Positions 1-8,629 are shown, numbered from the stretch's first letter. The stretch is DNA of 25,757 bases from an uncultured archaeon (GCA_964342815.1 CAYFHS010000046.1:1-25757), one strand, 5' to 3'. Numbers and translations are program-made. The notes: generated by a model from the sequence alone, not told the origin.

Positions 1-25
1 TCTTTTTTTCACTTTCATCTACCAT
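1..25 (-). CDS. 5' end of a gene running off the left edge (MVDESEKK...), product unknown
   Basis: ATG at 25 on the minus strand with a GAGGTG Shine-Dalgarno (cacctc, 31-36) 5 nt upstream. Only 8 codons are visible. Confidence 0.55.
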
Positions 26-206
26 TGATACACCTCAATTTATCGGTCATTTTGTAGGACAACACTTAATACTTAGTCAGTAATCTTTTAAAAAGATATG
101 AAAACTTTTTCTCAACTTTCCATTTCCCCATACACTTATTAATTTCTAAACTTTGCACTATATATTAAACTGGATTCCCTAAAGATTAGTGACCTATAAA
201 TACTTA

Positions 207-224
207 ACTTAACACGCGTTAAGT
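207..224. promoter_or_regulatory. Palindromic operator-like site ACTTAA-N6-TTAAGT, copy 1
   Basis: ACTTAA-cacgcg-TTAAGT, extending to the 8-bp arms AACTTAAC/GTTAAGTT (206-225). The same half-sites and spacing recur at 372-389. Confidence 0.6.
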
Positions 225-250
225 TTTTCTAAACGAGTATTTATTACTTT

Positions 251-274
251 CGTTATACTGAATGATATATAACG
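251..274. promoter_or_regulatory. ModE-box-like palindrome
   Basis: CGTTATACT-gaatga-TATATAACG, with 2 mismatches to CGTTATATA-N6-TATATAACG (the known ModE consensus core). It lies upstream of the gene leaving the window. Confidence 0.65.
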
Positions 275-371
275 GTTAAAAGCCCCGAATACGCATTTAA
301 GTACATATTTGATGGATTTTATCAACATAATTCTGAAAATTTGTACGGCCATCCTCTATAAAAATATAATG

Positions 372-389
372 ACTTAACAATTATTAAGT
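372..389. promoter_or_regulatory. Palindromic operator-like site ACTTAA-N6-TTAAGT, copy 2
   Basis: TGACTTAA-caatta-TTAAGTCA (370-391), perfect 8-bp arms with a 6-nt spacer. Confidence 0.6.
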
Positions 390-450
390 CACATGAATTA
401 ACATAATTATGTCCCATTAGTTTCACATTTTTTCACATACTTAAACTCAG

Positions 451-1083
451 TTATTTCAAATTTTTTTCATTACGTTTCTCTTCATCATAAAAAAGGTTAT
501 TCAGTTGTTTCATGTCATAATTTGTGTTAATATTTGTGAATGACATGAGGGCAGGATCAAGCGCCATGATTTCACTTTTGTTAATATAATCCAATTTCAG
601 GTAACGATAAGCGTCAATTGGTTTGGATTTTCCTTCCGAAATCACCCTGGCAAGAGAGTTTAGAAAAGGCTTTCTGCAATAAACAGCGTGAAGGGGCTCA
701 TAGTAGGTTCCCTCAACGGGGACGGCACCATCCTTTTGCTTCGCTTTTAAAAAGAGAAAATCATATATCTCCCTTTTTATAAACGGCGAGTCACAGGGCG
801 CAACAGCTACATACTCCCCCCTTGCTTGTAAAAATGCGGAATACAGCCCTTCGATAGGCCCCATTTCCGGCCTTTCATCTTTGATGATGATCACGGATGG
901 CCCAAGGAGGTTTAAAAGCTCGGTAGATGGTGAACTGGAAACCGAAACAAGTATCTCGTCCACTACCTTTGACAGTTCATCCATCACCCAGAGGATGAGA
1001 GGCTTTCCCTTTAGGGGAATTAGTCCTTTCTCCGTCAGCATACGCTTACTCTTACCTCCAGCCAGCAGTACCCCTGAACGCAT
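451..1083 (-). CDS. mobA: Molybdenum cofactor guanylyltransferase
   Basis: N-terminal GVLLAGGKSKRM nucleotidyltransferase motif, GPIEG, VAPCDSPF, EPLHAVY and C-terminal FTNINT. Start trimmed to the ATG at 1083 (MRSGVLL...). Confidence 0.9.
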   Translation of the reverse strand: MRSGVLLAGGKSKRMLTEKGLIPLKGKPLILWVMDELSKVVDEILVSVSSSPSTELLNLLGPSVIIIKDERPEMGPIEGLYSAFLQARGEYVAVAPCDSPFIKREIYDFLFLKAKQKDGAVPVEGTYYEPLHAVYCRKPFLNSLARVISEGKSKPIDAYRYLKLDYINKSEIMALDPALMSFTNINTNYDMKQLNNLFYDEEKRNEKNLK

Positions 1084-1088
1084 AGTCC

Positions 1089-1113
1089 CGAAAAGCTTTA
1101 AATATGTATATAT
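1089..1113. promoter_or_regulatory. Divergent archaeal promoter region between mobA and the DUF1786 gene
   Basis: Plus strand: BRE-like CGAAAA (1089-1094) then TTTAAATA (1097-1104). Minus strand: a TATATA element at about 1107-1113, roughly 25-30 nt from the mobA ATG, consistent with a leaderless transcript. Confidence 0.55.
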
Positions 1114-1157
1114 TACTTTGCCAGAACAGTGGTGAATTGTATAAAGAGAAACTTGAA

Positions 1158-2204
1158 ATGGATATCCCAATCCTGAGTATCAATATAGGAACCTATACTC
1201 AGGACATAGTTCTTTGGAACGGTTCCTACGAAACCTCTTTCAAGCTTATCCTACCATCACCCACTATCATCTTGGGAGAAAAGGTGAAAGAGCATACGGT
1301 GGCGCAAAAGGACCTGGTGATAACTGGAGAAACCATGGGTGGGGGTCCTTTTACTCAAGCTATATTCTCCCATTTAAAAGAGGGGCTTCAGGTCTACATG
1401 ACCAGGAATGCAGCTTACACGATCAGGGATGATCTAAATTATGTGGAAAACAAGGGTATTAAAATCGTGGATGACGAAAAAGCGGCCAAGCTCTCCGAAA
1501 AAAAGAATATCTTTACTTTGGAGGCAAGTGACGTGGATGCGGAGGCATTGTATGAAATTGCGAAAAGCTTCGGCATTACCCTAGAACCCACCATTGTAGC
1601 TGTGGGGGTGGAGGATCATGGAATCTCTCATCATTCAAAGACAAACAGGGAGATCCGATTCGACCATTTCAAAACTTTAATTCCTGGCCATATAAATGAC
1701 TTTGGATTCCAAGAACCCCCGAAACATTACACTAGGATGATGGGTGTTAAAAATACGCTAAATCGGTCTTTCCAAAAAGCAGAGCATCTTATAATGGATT
1801 CCAAGATAGCTGTGATGTTCGGAGCTTCTTACGGAGCGGACAAAGAAAAGGTAATAACGGTAGATGTAGCGAACGGTCATACCATTGCTGCATCTTTCGA
1901 GTATGGAGAGATCACAGGACTTTTCGAGCATCATACCAATATGCTCACAGGAATAAAACTCCATGATATTCTCGCTGAGTTCTCGGCTGGCGATTTAACA
2001 AACAGCAAGATATTCAATGACGGTGGTCACGGTTGTTATATAGCGCGACCTATCGGTGCTGCAGATCTCATTGTTTCCGGACCTAAGGCAGCATCCTTGA
2101 TTGAAAAAAACTCTTCGAGCGTCAGATCGAGCTCTATCCATGATCCGATGATAACCGGTAATGTAGGTTTGATCGAGTGCTCAAAAACATTGTTGAAAAT
2201 ATAG
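1158..2204 (+). CDS. DUF1786 family protein (ASKHA/actin-like fold; often annotated as pyruvate formate-lyase activating-like)
   Basis: SINIGTYTQDI, LILPSPT, GETMGGGP, AAYTIRDDL, VGVEDHG, DVANGHT, LFEHHT and FNDGGHG motifs as I recall them for DUF1786. The start could be the TTG at 1137 instead. Confidence 0.75.
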   Translation: MDIPILSINIGTYTQDIVLWNGSYETSFKLILPSPTIILGEKVKEHTVAQKDLVITGETMGGGPFTQAIFSHLKEGLQVYMTRNAAYTIRDDLNYVENKGIKIVDDEKAAKLSEKKNIFTLEASDVDAEALYEIAKSFGITLEPTIVAVGVEDHGISHHSKTNREIRFDHFKTLIPGHINDFGFQEPPKHYTRMMGVKNTLNRSFQKAEHLIMDSKIAVMFGASYGADKEKVITVDVANGHTIAASFEYGEITGLFEHHTNMLTGIKLHDILAEFSAGDLTNSKIFNDGGHGCYIARPIGAADLIVSGPKAASLIEKNSSSVRSSSIHDPMITGNVGLIECSKTLLKI

Positions 2205-2229
2205 GAAATTAACTCAGAAAGTGATTTTT

Positions 2230-2568
2230 ATGACGGTAAAGGTCGGTTACAAACTCTGGCTCGAGGTGGAAGGAAAATCGATTATGGGCCCCGGAAGAGC
2301 AAAGCTGCTTAGAGCAATTGAAAAATATGGATCTTTGTCTGCTGCCGCCAGACAGATTCAGATATCATACAGGCATGCTTACATGCTCGTACAAAACCTG
2401 AACGAGCGATATGGAAAACCCATTGTCGAATCGAGAATCGGCGGCAGGGACGGCGGCGGTATGAAACTTACGTTTTCGGGAAAGGAACTGCTATTCATGT
2501 TCGAAAAATTTGAAGGCCTTCTACAAACTGAGGCGTCGAAGATAGAAAAACTCTTAGATGGAAATTAA
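2230..2568 (+). CDS. modE: ModE-type winged-helix regulator, N-terminal DNA-binding domain only
   Basis: KLWLE...MGPGRAKLLRAIEKYGSLSAAARQIQISYRHAY...GGRDGGG..LT matches the ModE N-terminal HTH. The protein is 112 aa with no TOBE/molbindin domain. Confidence 0.8.
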   Translation: MTVKVGYKLWLEVEGKSIMGPGRAKLLRAIEKYGSLSAAARQIQISYRHAYMLVQNLNERYGKPIVESRIGGRDGGGMKLTFSGKELLFMFEKFEGLLQTEASKIEKLLDGN

Positions 2569-2602
2569 TTCGTGAATGGCATTAAAAAAATTACTTTATT
2601 AA

Positions 2603-2899
2603 TCACTTTTCTCCAACGGATTTCGCTATTTCCTTCTTTAATTCATCGTCGGATTTCCCCTTGCTATCGATCCCAAGGTCCTTGGCCGCCTTTACGATTT
2701 TACTCTTCTTTTTTTTCTTCGAAGAAGTGTCCTCATCCTCTTTATCCCAATCCTTCATTTCTTTGGTGAGCTCATTCTTCCCTTTATTAAACTCTCCTTT
2801 GGCCCTTCCGAGAGCTCTTGCCAGTTTCGGAATTTTCGAGGCCCCGAATAGTAAAAATACAATGACCAGTACGAGTATAATCCATTCCATTCCTTGCAT
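2603..2899 (-). CDS. tatA: Twin-arginine translocase TatA/TatE subunit
   Basis: EWIILVLVIVFLLFGASKIPKLARALGRAKGEF: TM helix, FG hinge and amphipathic helix, then an archaeal-type tail (AAKDLGIDSKGKSDDELK). AGGTGTGA SD before the ATG at 2899. Confidence 0.9.
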   Translation of the reverse strand: MQGMEWIILVLVIVFLLFGASKIPKLARALGRAKGEFNKGKNELTKEMKDWDKEDEDTSSKKKKKSKIVKAAKDLGIDSKGKSDDELKKEIAKSVGEK

Positions 2900-2965
2900 A
2901 ATTTCACACCTTTCCACAACATAAAAATATGTTTTTATTATGGTTTCCATTAACAATCAACATAA

Positions 2966-2980
2966 CTTATAAACTTTTCG
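2966..2980 (-). promoter_or_regulatory. BRE/TATA promoter of tatA
   Basis: The minus strand reads CGAAAAG-TTTATAAG, a canonical archaeal BRE plus TATA arrangement. Confidence 0.65.
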
Positions 2981-3187
2981 AAGCTGTTGCTGATGAAATC
3001 TTCTTATCCCCGATATCCCATAGATATATGCTGTACAAGACGGTTATTTTATCGATAATTTGTAATACTCGGTAGATGCTCCTTGACAGAGATTTATGAC
3101 AAAACATTATCTAATTACTACAACTCATCAGCTTGGATATATGTGTGGATCCATCTTTGGTGATTACAATCTCGATGGTGTGGGAAA

Positions 3188-5098
3188 ATGAACCTAGACA
3201 ATAATAAATACGATATAAAAGGACGACTAGACGGCGAGCTTATTACCGATCCGGTTTGCAAAATAGGAGCAAGTTTAGATCCCTATACGGACATACTTGA
3301 ATATGTAGATCCGCTTCCTTTCTACTTCATGCTGATAGATGAAGATCATCATATTATCCTGGTCAATAAAGCAGTTACACACGATCTTGGAGCAGAACCC
3401 GCAAGGCTCCTTGGAAAATATTGCCCCAAAGTGGTTCATGGTTTGGATGAACCATTCCCTGGCTGTCCCCTTGAGGATTCCGTAAAAAGTGGTGAACCCA
3501 GTGAGAAGGAGTTTTTCGACGCCGAATCCGGGAGGTGGGTAAACTCGGCTATTTATCCGACAAATATCAGAACTGAAGAAAACAAAGCAATTTTCGTTCA
3601 CATGATCCGAGACATTACAAAACGGAAAATTGCAGAAGGGGATTTTGAGAAATCCGAAAAGAGATTTCGTACATTTGTGGAGAATTCATTCGAATGTATT
3701 TCGAATATAGACATGGATGGCAATTTTTTATATGTCAGCCCCACAGGACTCAAGACCTTTGGAATGACCCTGGACGAACTGAAGGAGAAACACTGTACGG
3801 AATTGGTGAAACCCGAGTTTAAAAGAATTCTGAAAAAGTCATTGGACAAGGCAAAAAAAGGGGAAATCGTTTATTTTGAATATGAAAGTGTAACTCATTT
3901 CGGCGAGAGATGGTTTGAAAGCACTCTTGCACCGTTAAAGGATAATTCGGGAAAAATAGTCAGTATTCTTCGAATCTCGAGGGACATCACAAAGAGAAGG
4001 AAGATGGAGGAGAAATTGCGAAATAACGAACTCTTGTTACGCGGTGTCATCAACGCGATAAAGGAAGCCATAATAACTATCGACGATCGAGGATTGATAA
4101 GCCTTTTCAATCCGGCAGCTGAAAAGATGTTCGGCATCGATAAAAAGAAAATGATCGGAAAACGCTTGAAGCGTCTAATGCCTGAAAAATACAGGAGTAA
4201 ACATCAAAAATCTATGATGAGTTTTTTTAAATCTGGCATACCGGGCCATCATATGGGAAAGGTCGTTGAACTGCCGGGATTGCGAACGGACGGATCAGTA
4301 TTCCCTATGTCAATTTCATTTTCAACCGCTAGGGTTTGTACAAAAACATATGTGATAGCCGTGGCAAGGGATATTACCGAACAAAAGAGGAAGGAAAAGG
4401 AGATGAAAAAAAGGTTAATGAAATTCAGATTGGAGGACGGGAATCTCTATCTTGCAAAAGAACAGACTCCGATTCTGGCCAGGGAAGCCTTCAAGGATAT
4501 CCTTGCCGTGGAATACGGCGGAGTTGTCATATCCCGTGAGCCTGAAAATAAATTTAAAAAATTATCAAAGAAAAAAATTGAAGTCTTTTGGCTGGGTGGG
4601 ACGGAATTGGCGAAAGATCAAACCTTGAGACTTGAAGAAATTGAAGAAAAATTAAAGCAACTCAGGAGAAAAAGTGCGGTTCTCATAGAACGACTGGATT
4701 ATTTAATATTTAAAAACGGATTTGACAATACACTTTCCTTTGTCCAGCGTTTGAGAGATATCGCAAATTTTCACGATCTTATCGTTATTTTATCCCTGGA
4801 TCACAACACTGTGGATATATCAAAACTTCAATTGCTGGAGAAGGAAACGAACGAAATCGAAATGGTTCATAAAAAGAGGATCTCTGCGGACTTGTTCGAA
4901 ATATTGGATTTTGTCTATAATAAAAATCGAATTGGAATAAAGCCCACTTATTCGGAAATCGGAAGCGATCTGAACATCAGCAAGCCCACAGTTAGAAAAA
5001 GAATTCGGAGTCTCTTAGGCCGAGGTTATTTGGTGGAATACATAAGGGGCTACAAGAAAGTTATAGAGCTTACCGAGAAAGCAGAAAGATTGTTTTAA
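3188..5098 (+). CDS. One-component sensor/regulator: three PAS/PAC domains, DUF835 and a C-terminal winged helix
   Basis: Three PAC ends (IRDITKRK, SRDITKRR, ARDITEQK). DUF835-like GNLYLAKE...VISR...VLIERLDYLIFKNGF...VILSLD. C-terminal KPTYSEIGSDLNISKPTVRKRIRSLLGRGYL HTH. No histidine kinase motifs. Confidence 0.8.
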   Translation: MNLDNNKYDIKGRLDGELITDPVCKIGASLDPYTDILEYVDPLPFYFMLIDEDHHIILVNKAVTHDLGAEPARLLGKYCPKVVHGLDEPFPGCPLEDSVKSGEPSEKEFFDAESGRWVNSAIYPTNIRTEENKAIFVHMIRDITKRKIAEGDFEKSEKRFRTFVENSFECISNIDMDGNFLYVSPTGLKTFGMTLDELKEKHCTELVKPEFKRILKKSLDKAKKGEIVYFEYESVTHFGERWFESTLAPLKDNSGKIVSILRISRDITKRRKMEEKLRNNELLLRGVINAIKEAIITIDDRGLISLFNPAAEKMFGIDKKKMIGKRLKRLMPEKYRSKHQKSMMSFFKSGIPGHHMGKVVELPGLRTDGSVFPMSISFSTARVCTKTYVIAVARDITEQKRKEKEMKKRLMKFRLEDGNLYLAKEQTPILAREAFKDILAVEYGGVVISREPENKFKKLSKKKIEVFWLGGTELAKDQTLRLEEIEEKLKQLRRKSAVLIERLDYLIFKNGFDNTLSFVQRLRDIANFHDLIVILSLDHNTVDISKLQLLEKETNEIEMVHKKRISADLFEILDFVYNKNRIGIKPTYSEIGSDLNISKPTVRKRIRSLLGRGYLVEYIRGYKKVIELTEKAERLF

Positions 5099-5186
5099 GC
5101 CGTTTTTTCCTTGAGATATGATTTATCGGAATAATACTGTTGTTCGTTCTGAGTTTTTGGGTGTGGGTTAACTCGATGATGAAATA

Positions 5187-5624
5187 TTATAATAACACTA
5201 TTTTGTCCTGAACCCTGATGGTACCAGTTGTAATTACCCGTGCAAAGATCCCTTCCCGGGGCATTACACAGTCTCCTACTGTCTGTCTAATCAAGCAAGA
5301 TTCATGACATTCTTTGCCAATTTGGGTAACCTCCAACTCAACGTCATTTCCAATTTTAATCCTCTTGCCAATGGATACCGTTGATAAATCAATACCATCA
5401 ACTGTTAGATTTTCCGCAAAATCCCCAAACTTTATCTCGATACCTTTTCCCCGCATCAGCTCAATACTATATTCCGATAAAAGGCTTATCTGGCGGTGCC
5501 AATCTCCAGCATGGGCATCGCCTTCCAAACCTTTCTCCGTTATATTTGCGTAGCCTACGGGAGATTTTTGTTCTCCCTTTTTGCCACTAATATTTATTGA
5601 GATAACCACTCCTTCACTTATCAT
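5187..5624 (-). CDS. MOSC-domain protein (YiiM-like/Moco sulfurase C-terminal domain)
   Basis: VISINISGKKG, GLEGDAHAG, RQISLL, GDFAENL, LEVTQIGKECH...CLIRQTVGDCVMPREGIFARV. Start trimmed to the ATG at 5624; a TTTAAA element about 25 nt upstream suggests a leaderless mRNA. Confidence 0.85.
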   Translation of the reverse strand: MISEGVVISINISGKKGEQKSPVGYANITEKGLEGDAHAGDWHRQISLLSEYSIELMRGKGIEIKFGDFAENLTVDGIDLSTVSIGKRIKIGNDVELEVTQIGKECHESCLIRQTVGDCVMPREGIFARVITTGTIRVQDKIVLL

Positions 5625-5670
5625 ACTGATCTTTAAGGGGTTTTTGAATTTAAACATATTGAGATTTTCG

Positions 5671-5685
5671 CGAAAAATATATAAA
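5671..5685 (+). promoter_or_regulatory. BRE/TATA promoter of the wtpABC-moa operon
   Basis: CGAAAA followed by ATATATAAA, about 40 nt upstream of the wtpA ATG. Confidence 0.65.
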
Positions 5686-5689
5686 ACGT

Positions 5690-5713
5690 CGTTATATTCA
5701 CCCAAACATAACG
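5690..5713. promoter_or_regulatory. ModE-box-like palindrome between the TATA box and the wtpA start
   Basis: CGTTATATT-caccca-AACATAACG, 3 mismatches to CGTTATATA-N6-TATATAACG with the same 24-bp geometry as 251-274. It overlaps the expected transcription start. Confidence 0.7.
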
Positions 5714-5722
5714 GGTGGGTTC

Positions 5723-6769
5723 ATGAGAGAAACTCTTGTAATCGTGATATTTTTGGTAATACTCGGAGCCGCGGCGTCAGCCCAGATTTTCCTTTTGGAT
5801 GAAGATAAAGTCGTTCTCAAAATATTCCACGCCGGGAGCCTGTCCAAGCCCATGTCTGATATGGAAAAAAAGTTCGAGGAAGAACATCCCGACGTAGACG
5901 TTAGAAGAGAGGTCTCGGGAAGTACCGCAGCAATTCGAAAGGTAACAGAGCTGGGTAAGAATGCTGACGTAGTCATGAGTGCCGATTATTCGTTGATACA
6001 TTCCATGATGATGGAAGGAGATGAAAAATACGCTGATTACTGTATACAATTCGCTAGAAACCAGATGACTCTGGCCTATACGGAACGGAGCGCGTACAAG
6101 AATGACATCAATATGTCAAACTGGTTCGAAATACTGATGAAGAAGGATGTCAGGTTTGGATTCTCCAACCCCAATGACGATCCCTGCGGGTACAGAGCCT
6201 TGATGGTCATACAATTGGCGGAAATTTTCTATGGACAAGAAGAAATATTCGACAAACTTGTGGAAAAGAACAGTGAAATCATTTATAGTTTCAATAACGG
6301 CACCCATAATATCATCATCCCGAAGAACTCCGAAATACATCCGAAAAACGACAAGATAGTCATGAGGGATGCTGAGATCCACTTGATGACATCTCTGGAA
6401 CTGGGTGAAATAGACTATCTTTTCATATATCGAAGTGTGGCATATCAATTCGAAGGACAGGGAGTAAAATACCTGGAACTGCCAGCAGAGATCGACCTGT
6501 CGGATACTGCTCATGCCAATACATATGAACAGGTGCGGGTCATCACTTCATCCGGCAGAACAGTATCGGGAAAACCCATCGTCTACGGCGTCAGCATCCC
6601 CCGAAACGCCGAGAAGCCCGAATTGGCGTTGGAGTTCATCAAAATGTTGCTGGGTGAAACTGGACGAGGCATAATGGAGTCACGGGGACAGCGAAATATC
6701 ACTCCTGCAGTATGCGACGAGAGAGTGCAATTGCCCGATGCCGTTAAGTCTTATGTGGAATCAATATGA
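5723..6769 (+). CDS. wtpA: Tungstate/molybdate ABC transporter substrate-binding protein
   Basis: IFHAGSL, EVSGS...RKV, SADYSLI, FARNQMTLAY, SNPNDDPCGYR, RDAE and LELGEIDYLFIYRS are WtpA-family motifs including the acidic ligand positions. Hydrophobic N-terminus with no lipobox Cys. Confidence 0.88.
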   Translation: MRETLVIVIFLVILGAAASAQIFLLDEDKVVLKIFHAGSLSKPMSDMEKKFEEEHPDVDVRREVSGSTAAIRKVTELGKNADVVMSADYSLIHSMMMEGDEKYADYCIQFARNQMTLAYTERSAYKNDINMSNWFEILMKKDVRFGFSNPNDDPCGYRALMVIQLAEIFYGQEEIFDKLVEKNSEIIYSFNNGTHNIIIPKNSEIHPKNDKIVMRDAEIHLMTSLELGEIDYLFIYRSVAYQFEGQGVKYLELPAEIDLSDTAHANTYEQVRVITSSGRTVSGKPIVYGVSIPRNAEKPELALEFIKMLLGETGRGIMESRGQRNITPAVCDERVQLPDAVKSYVESI

Positions 6770-7560
6770 AGAAAAGAGCCGAAGGGACCATGATAATAGC
6801 AGGTATTATCGGGGCAATAATGGTGGTCTTCATCATCATTCCCATAATAAGCATGTTCATCGACGTCGGGCTCAGCGGTTTTATAAGTGCAGCAGGCAAT
6901 CGTTCAGCAATGAAGGCGATCTTGCTGAGTATGATCGCAGCAGTGTATGCAACAGCGTTGAGCGCTTTGTTCGGAATTCCCCTTGCATATTTTCTGGCCC
7001 GGAAAAAATTTCTCGGAAAAAAATTCATTGAGAGCATCATCGATATTCCAATAGTTGTACCGCATATCATCGCCGGTATTGCTCTCCTTACAGTCTTCGG
7101 TAGACATGGAGTTATTGGAGCCCCACTCGATGAATTGGGCATCAGGATCGCGGATTCCATGACGGGAATCGTCATAGCCATGATCTTCGTCTCCGCGCCC
7201 TTCATTATCAACTCGGCCAAGGAAGGATTCGAATCCGTGGACCCGAGACTCGAAAACGTCGCCATGGGGCTTGGTGCCTCGAGATCCAGAGCCGTATTCA
7301 CCATCACCATCCCGCTATGTATGAAAAACCTTCTGGTCGGGGCCATTATGACCTGGGCCAGGGCCATAAGCGAGTTTGGGGCTGTTATGATCATAGCATA
7401 CTACCCCATGGTGGCCACCACGCATATTTATTCCGAATATCTACATTCCGGTCTGGAAACTTCGGTACCAATAGCAGCCTTGCTGCTGCTGATATGCATT
7501 ATTATATTTGTTATTCTCAGAACCATATCCGCGAGGTGGAAACGATATGATCAGGATTGA
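6766..7560 (+). CDS. wtpB: Tungstate/molybdate ABC transporter permease
   Basis: Multiple TM helices, IDIPIVVPHIIAGIALL, EAA loop (LENVAMGLGASRSRAVFTITIP) and WARAISEFGA. ATGA overlap with wtpA. Confidence 0.88.
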   Translation: MKKRAEGTMIIAGIIGAIMVVFIIIPIISMFIDVGLSGFISAAGNRSAMKAILLSMIAAVYATALSALFGIPLAYFLARKKFLGKKFIESIIDIPIVVPHIIAGIALLTVFGRHGVIGAPLDELGIRIADSMTGIVIAMIFVSAPFIINSAKEGFESVDPRLENVAMGLGASRSRAVFTITIPLCMKNLLVGAIMTWARAISEFGAVMIIAYYPMVATTHIYSEYLHSGLETSVPIAALLLLICIIIFVILRTISARWKRYDQD

Positions 7561-8593
7561 ATCACTCTGGCGGTCCTGGAACGGTTTCTCTCTCAAGGAT
7601 ATAAGCTTCGAGGTAAATGAAGGGGAGCATTTCGTGGTGCTGGGACCTACCGGAAGCGGCAAGACAGTGCTTCTCGAAATAATCGCGGGTTTTCATTTCC
7701 CCGACAGGGGCCGGATCCTCCTTAGAAATTCTGAAATTACGTTTCTTCCTCCAAAAAAGAGGGGGATGGGTTTTGTTTACCAGGATTACATGCTGTTTCC
7801 GAACATGACAGTCCGTAACAATATAGCTTACGGGCTAAAAGTGAAGGGACTAAAGGGCAAAATGATCGAAGAGAAGGTCGAAGAACTGGCAGGTCTCCTG
7901 GGAATCGAAGATCTGATGGAACGGTTTCCCGGAAAATTAAGCGGCGGAGAGGCTCAAAGGACCTCGCTTGCAAGGGCTCTATCCATTGAGCCGAACATCC
8001 TCCTTCTTGATGAGCCACTGGGAGCTCTTGACCCAAATCTTCGTTCGGAGATACGGACTGAAATCTCGAGATTATTCAAAAATAGGGGAACCACCATTAT
8101 CCATGTCACCCACAGCAGGGAGGATGCCATCATTATGGGAGATCGGATTGCCATAATGAAGAACGGCCGTATCGTACAAATCGATGCAAGCAGCAGAGTG
8201 TTTCGGCAACCCAGCTCAAGGTTCGTAGCGGAATTCGTTGGCGTGAAGAATATATTCAAGGGAAGTTCCAAAAAGGTAGGGGACCTGGTCTATTTCAAAT
8301 CACAGGGCATAACCCTCGTTGCCACATCAGGTATTTTCGGCGAAGTGTATGCCAGTATAAGACCCGAAGATATTATCTTGTCTTTGCGGAGAATGAAGAG
8401 CAGCGCCAGAAACTGCATCAAGGGGAAGGTGACCGAATTGATCGATATGGGCGGGATCATGCGTGTTATGGTGGACTGCGGGGTACTTTTCGCAGTAAAT
8501 ATAACCCGGGCATCCTGCGCCGAGATGGAGATATCTCCAGGAAAGGAGCTATATCTCATATTCAAAGCCCAGAACGTCAACCTATTCAGTTAG
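7547..8593 (+). CDS. wtpC: Tungstate/molybdate ABC transporter ATPase with a C-terminal TOBE domain
   Basis: Walker A GPTGSGKT, LSGGEAQR signature, LLLDEP, HVTH, and a TOBE-like SSARNCIKGKV...AVNITRASCAEM tail. GAGGTG SD before the ATG at 7547. Confidence 0.88.
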   Translation: MIRIESLWRSWNGFSLKDISFEVNEGEHFVVLGPTGSGKTVLLEIIAGFHFPDRGRILLRNSEITFLPPKKRGMGFVYQDYMLFPNMTVRNNIAYGLKVKGLKGKMIEEKVEELAGLLGIEDLMERFPGKLSGGEAQRTSLARALSIEPNILLLDEPLGALDPNLRSEIRTEISRLFKNRGTTIIHVTHSREDAIIMGDRIAIMKNGRIVQIDASSRVFRQPSSRFVAEFVGVKNIFKGSSKKVGDLVYFKSQGITLVATSGIFGEVYASIRPEDIILSLRRMKSSARNCIKGKVTELIDMGGIMRVMVDCGVLFAVNITRASCAEMEISPGKELYLIFKAQNVNLFS

Positions 8594-8629
8594 AAAACGA
8601 ACCGAAGACAAAAATAAGGATGATATTAC

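Noticed and set aside
1084-1170. Extended N-termini from the ORF track (mobA, DUF1786, tatA, MOSC, wtpC, moaB, moeA) implying gene overlaps
   Set aside because: SD sites, promoter positions and domain starts support shorter genes, so the overlaps are artefacts of taking the longest ORF.
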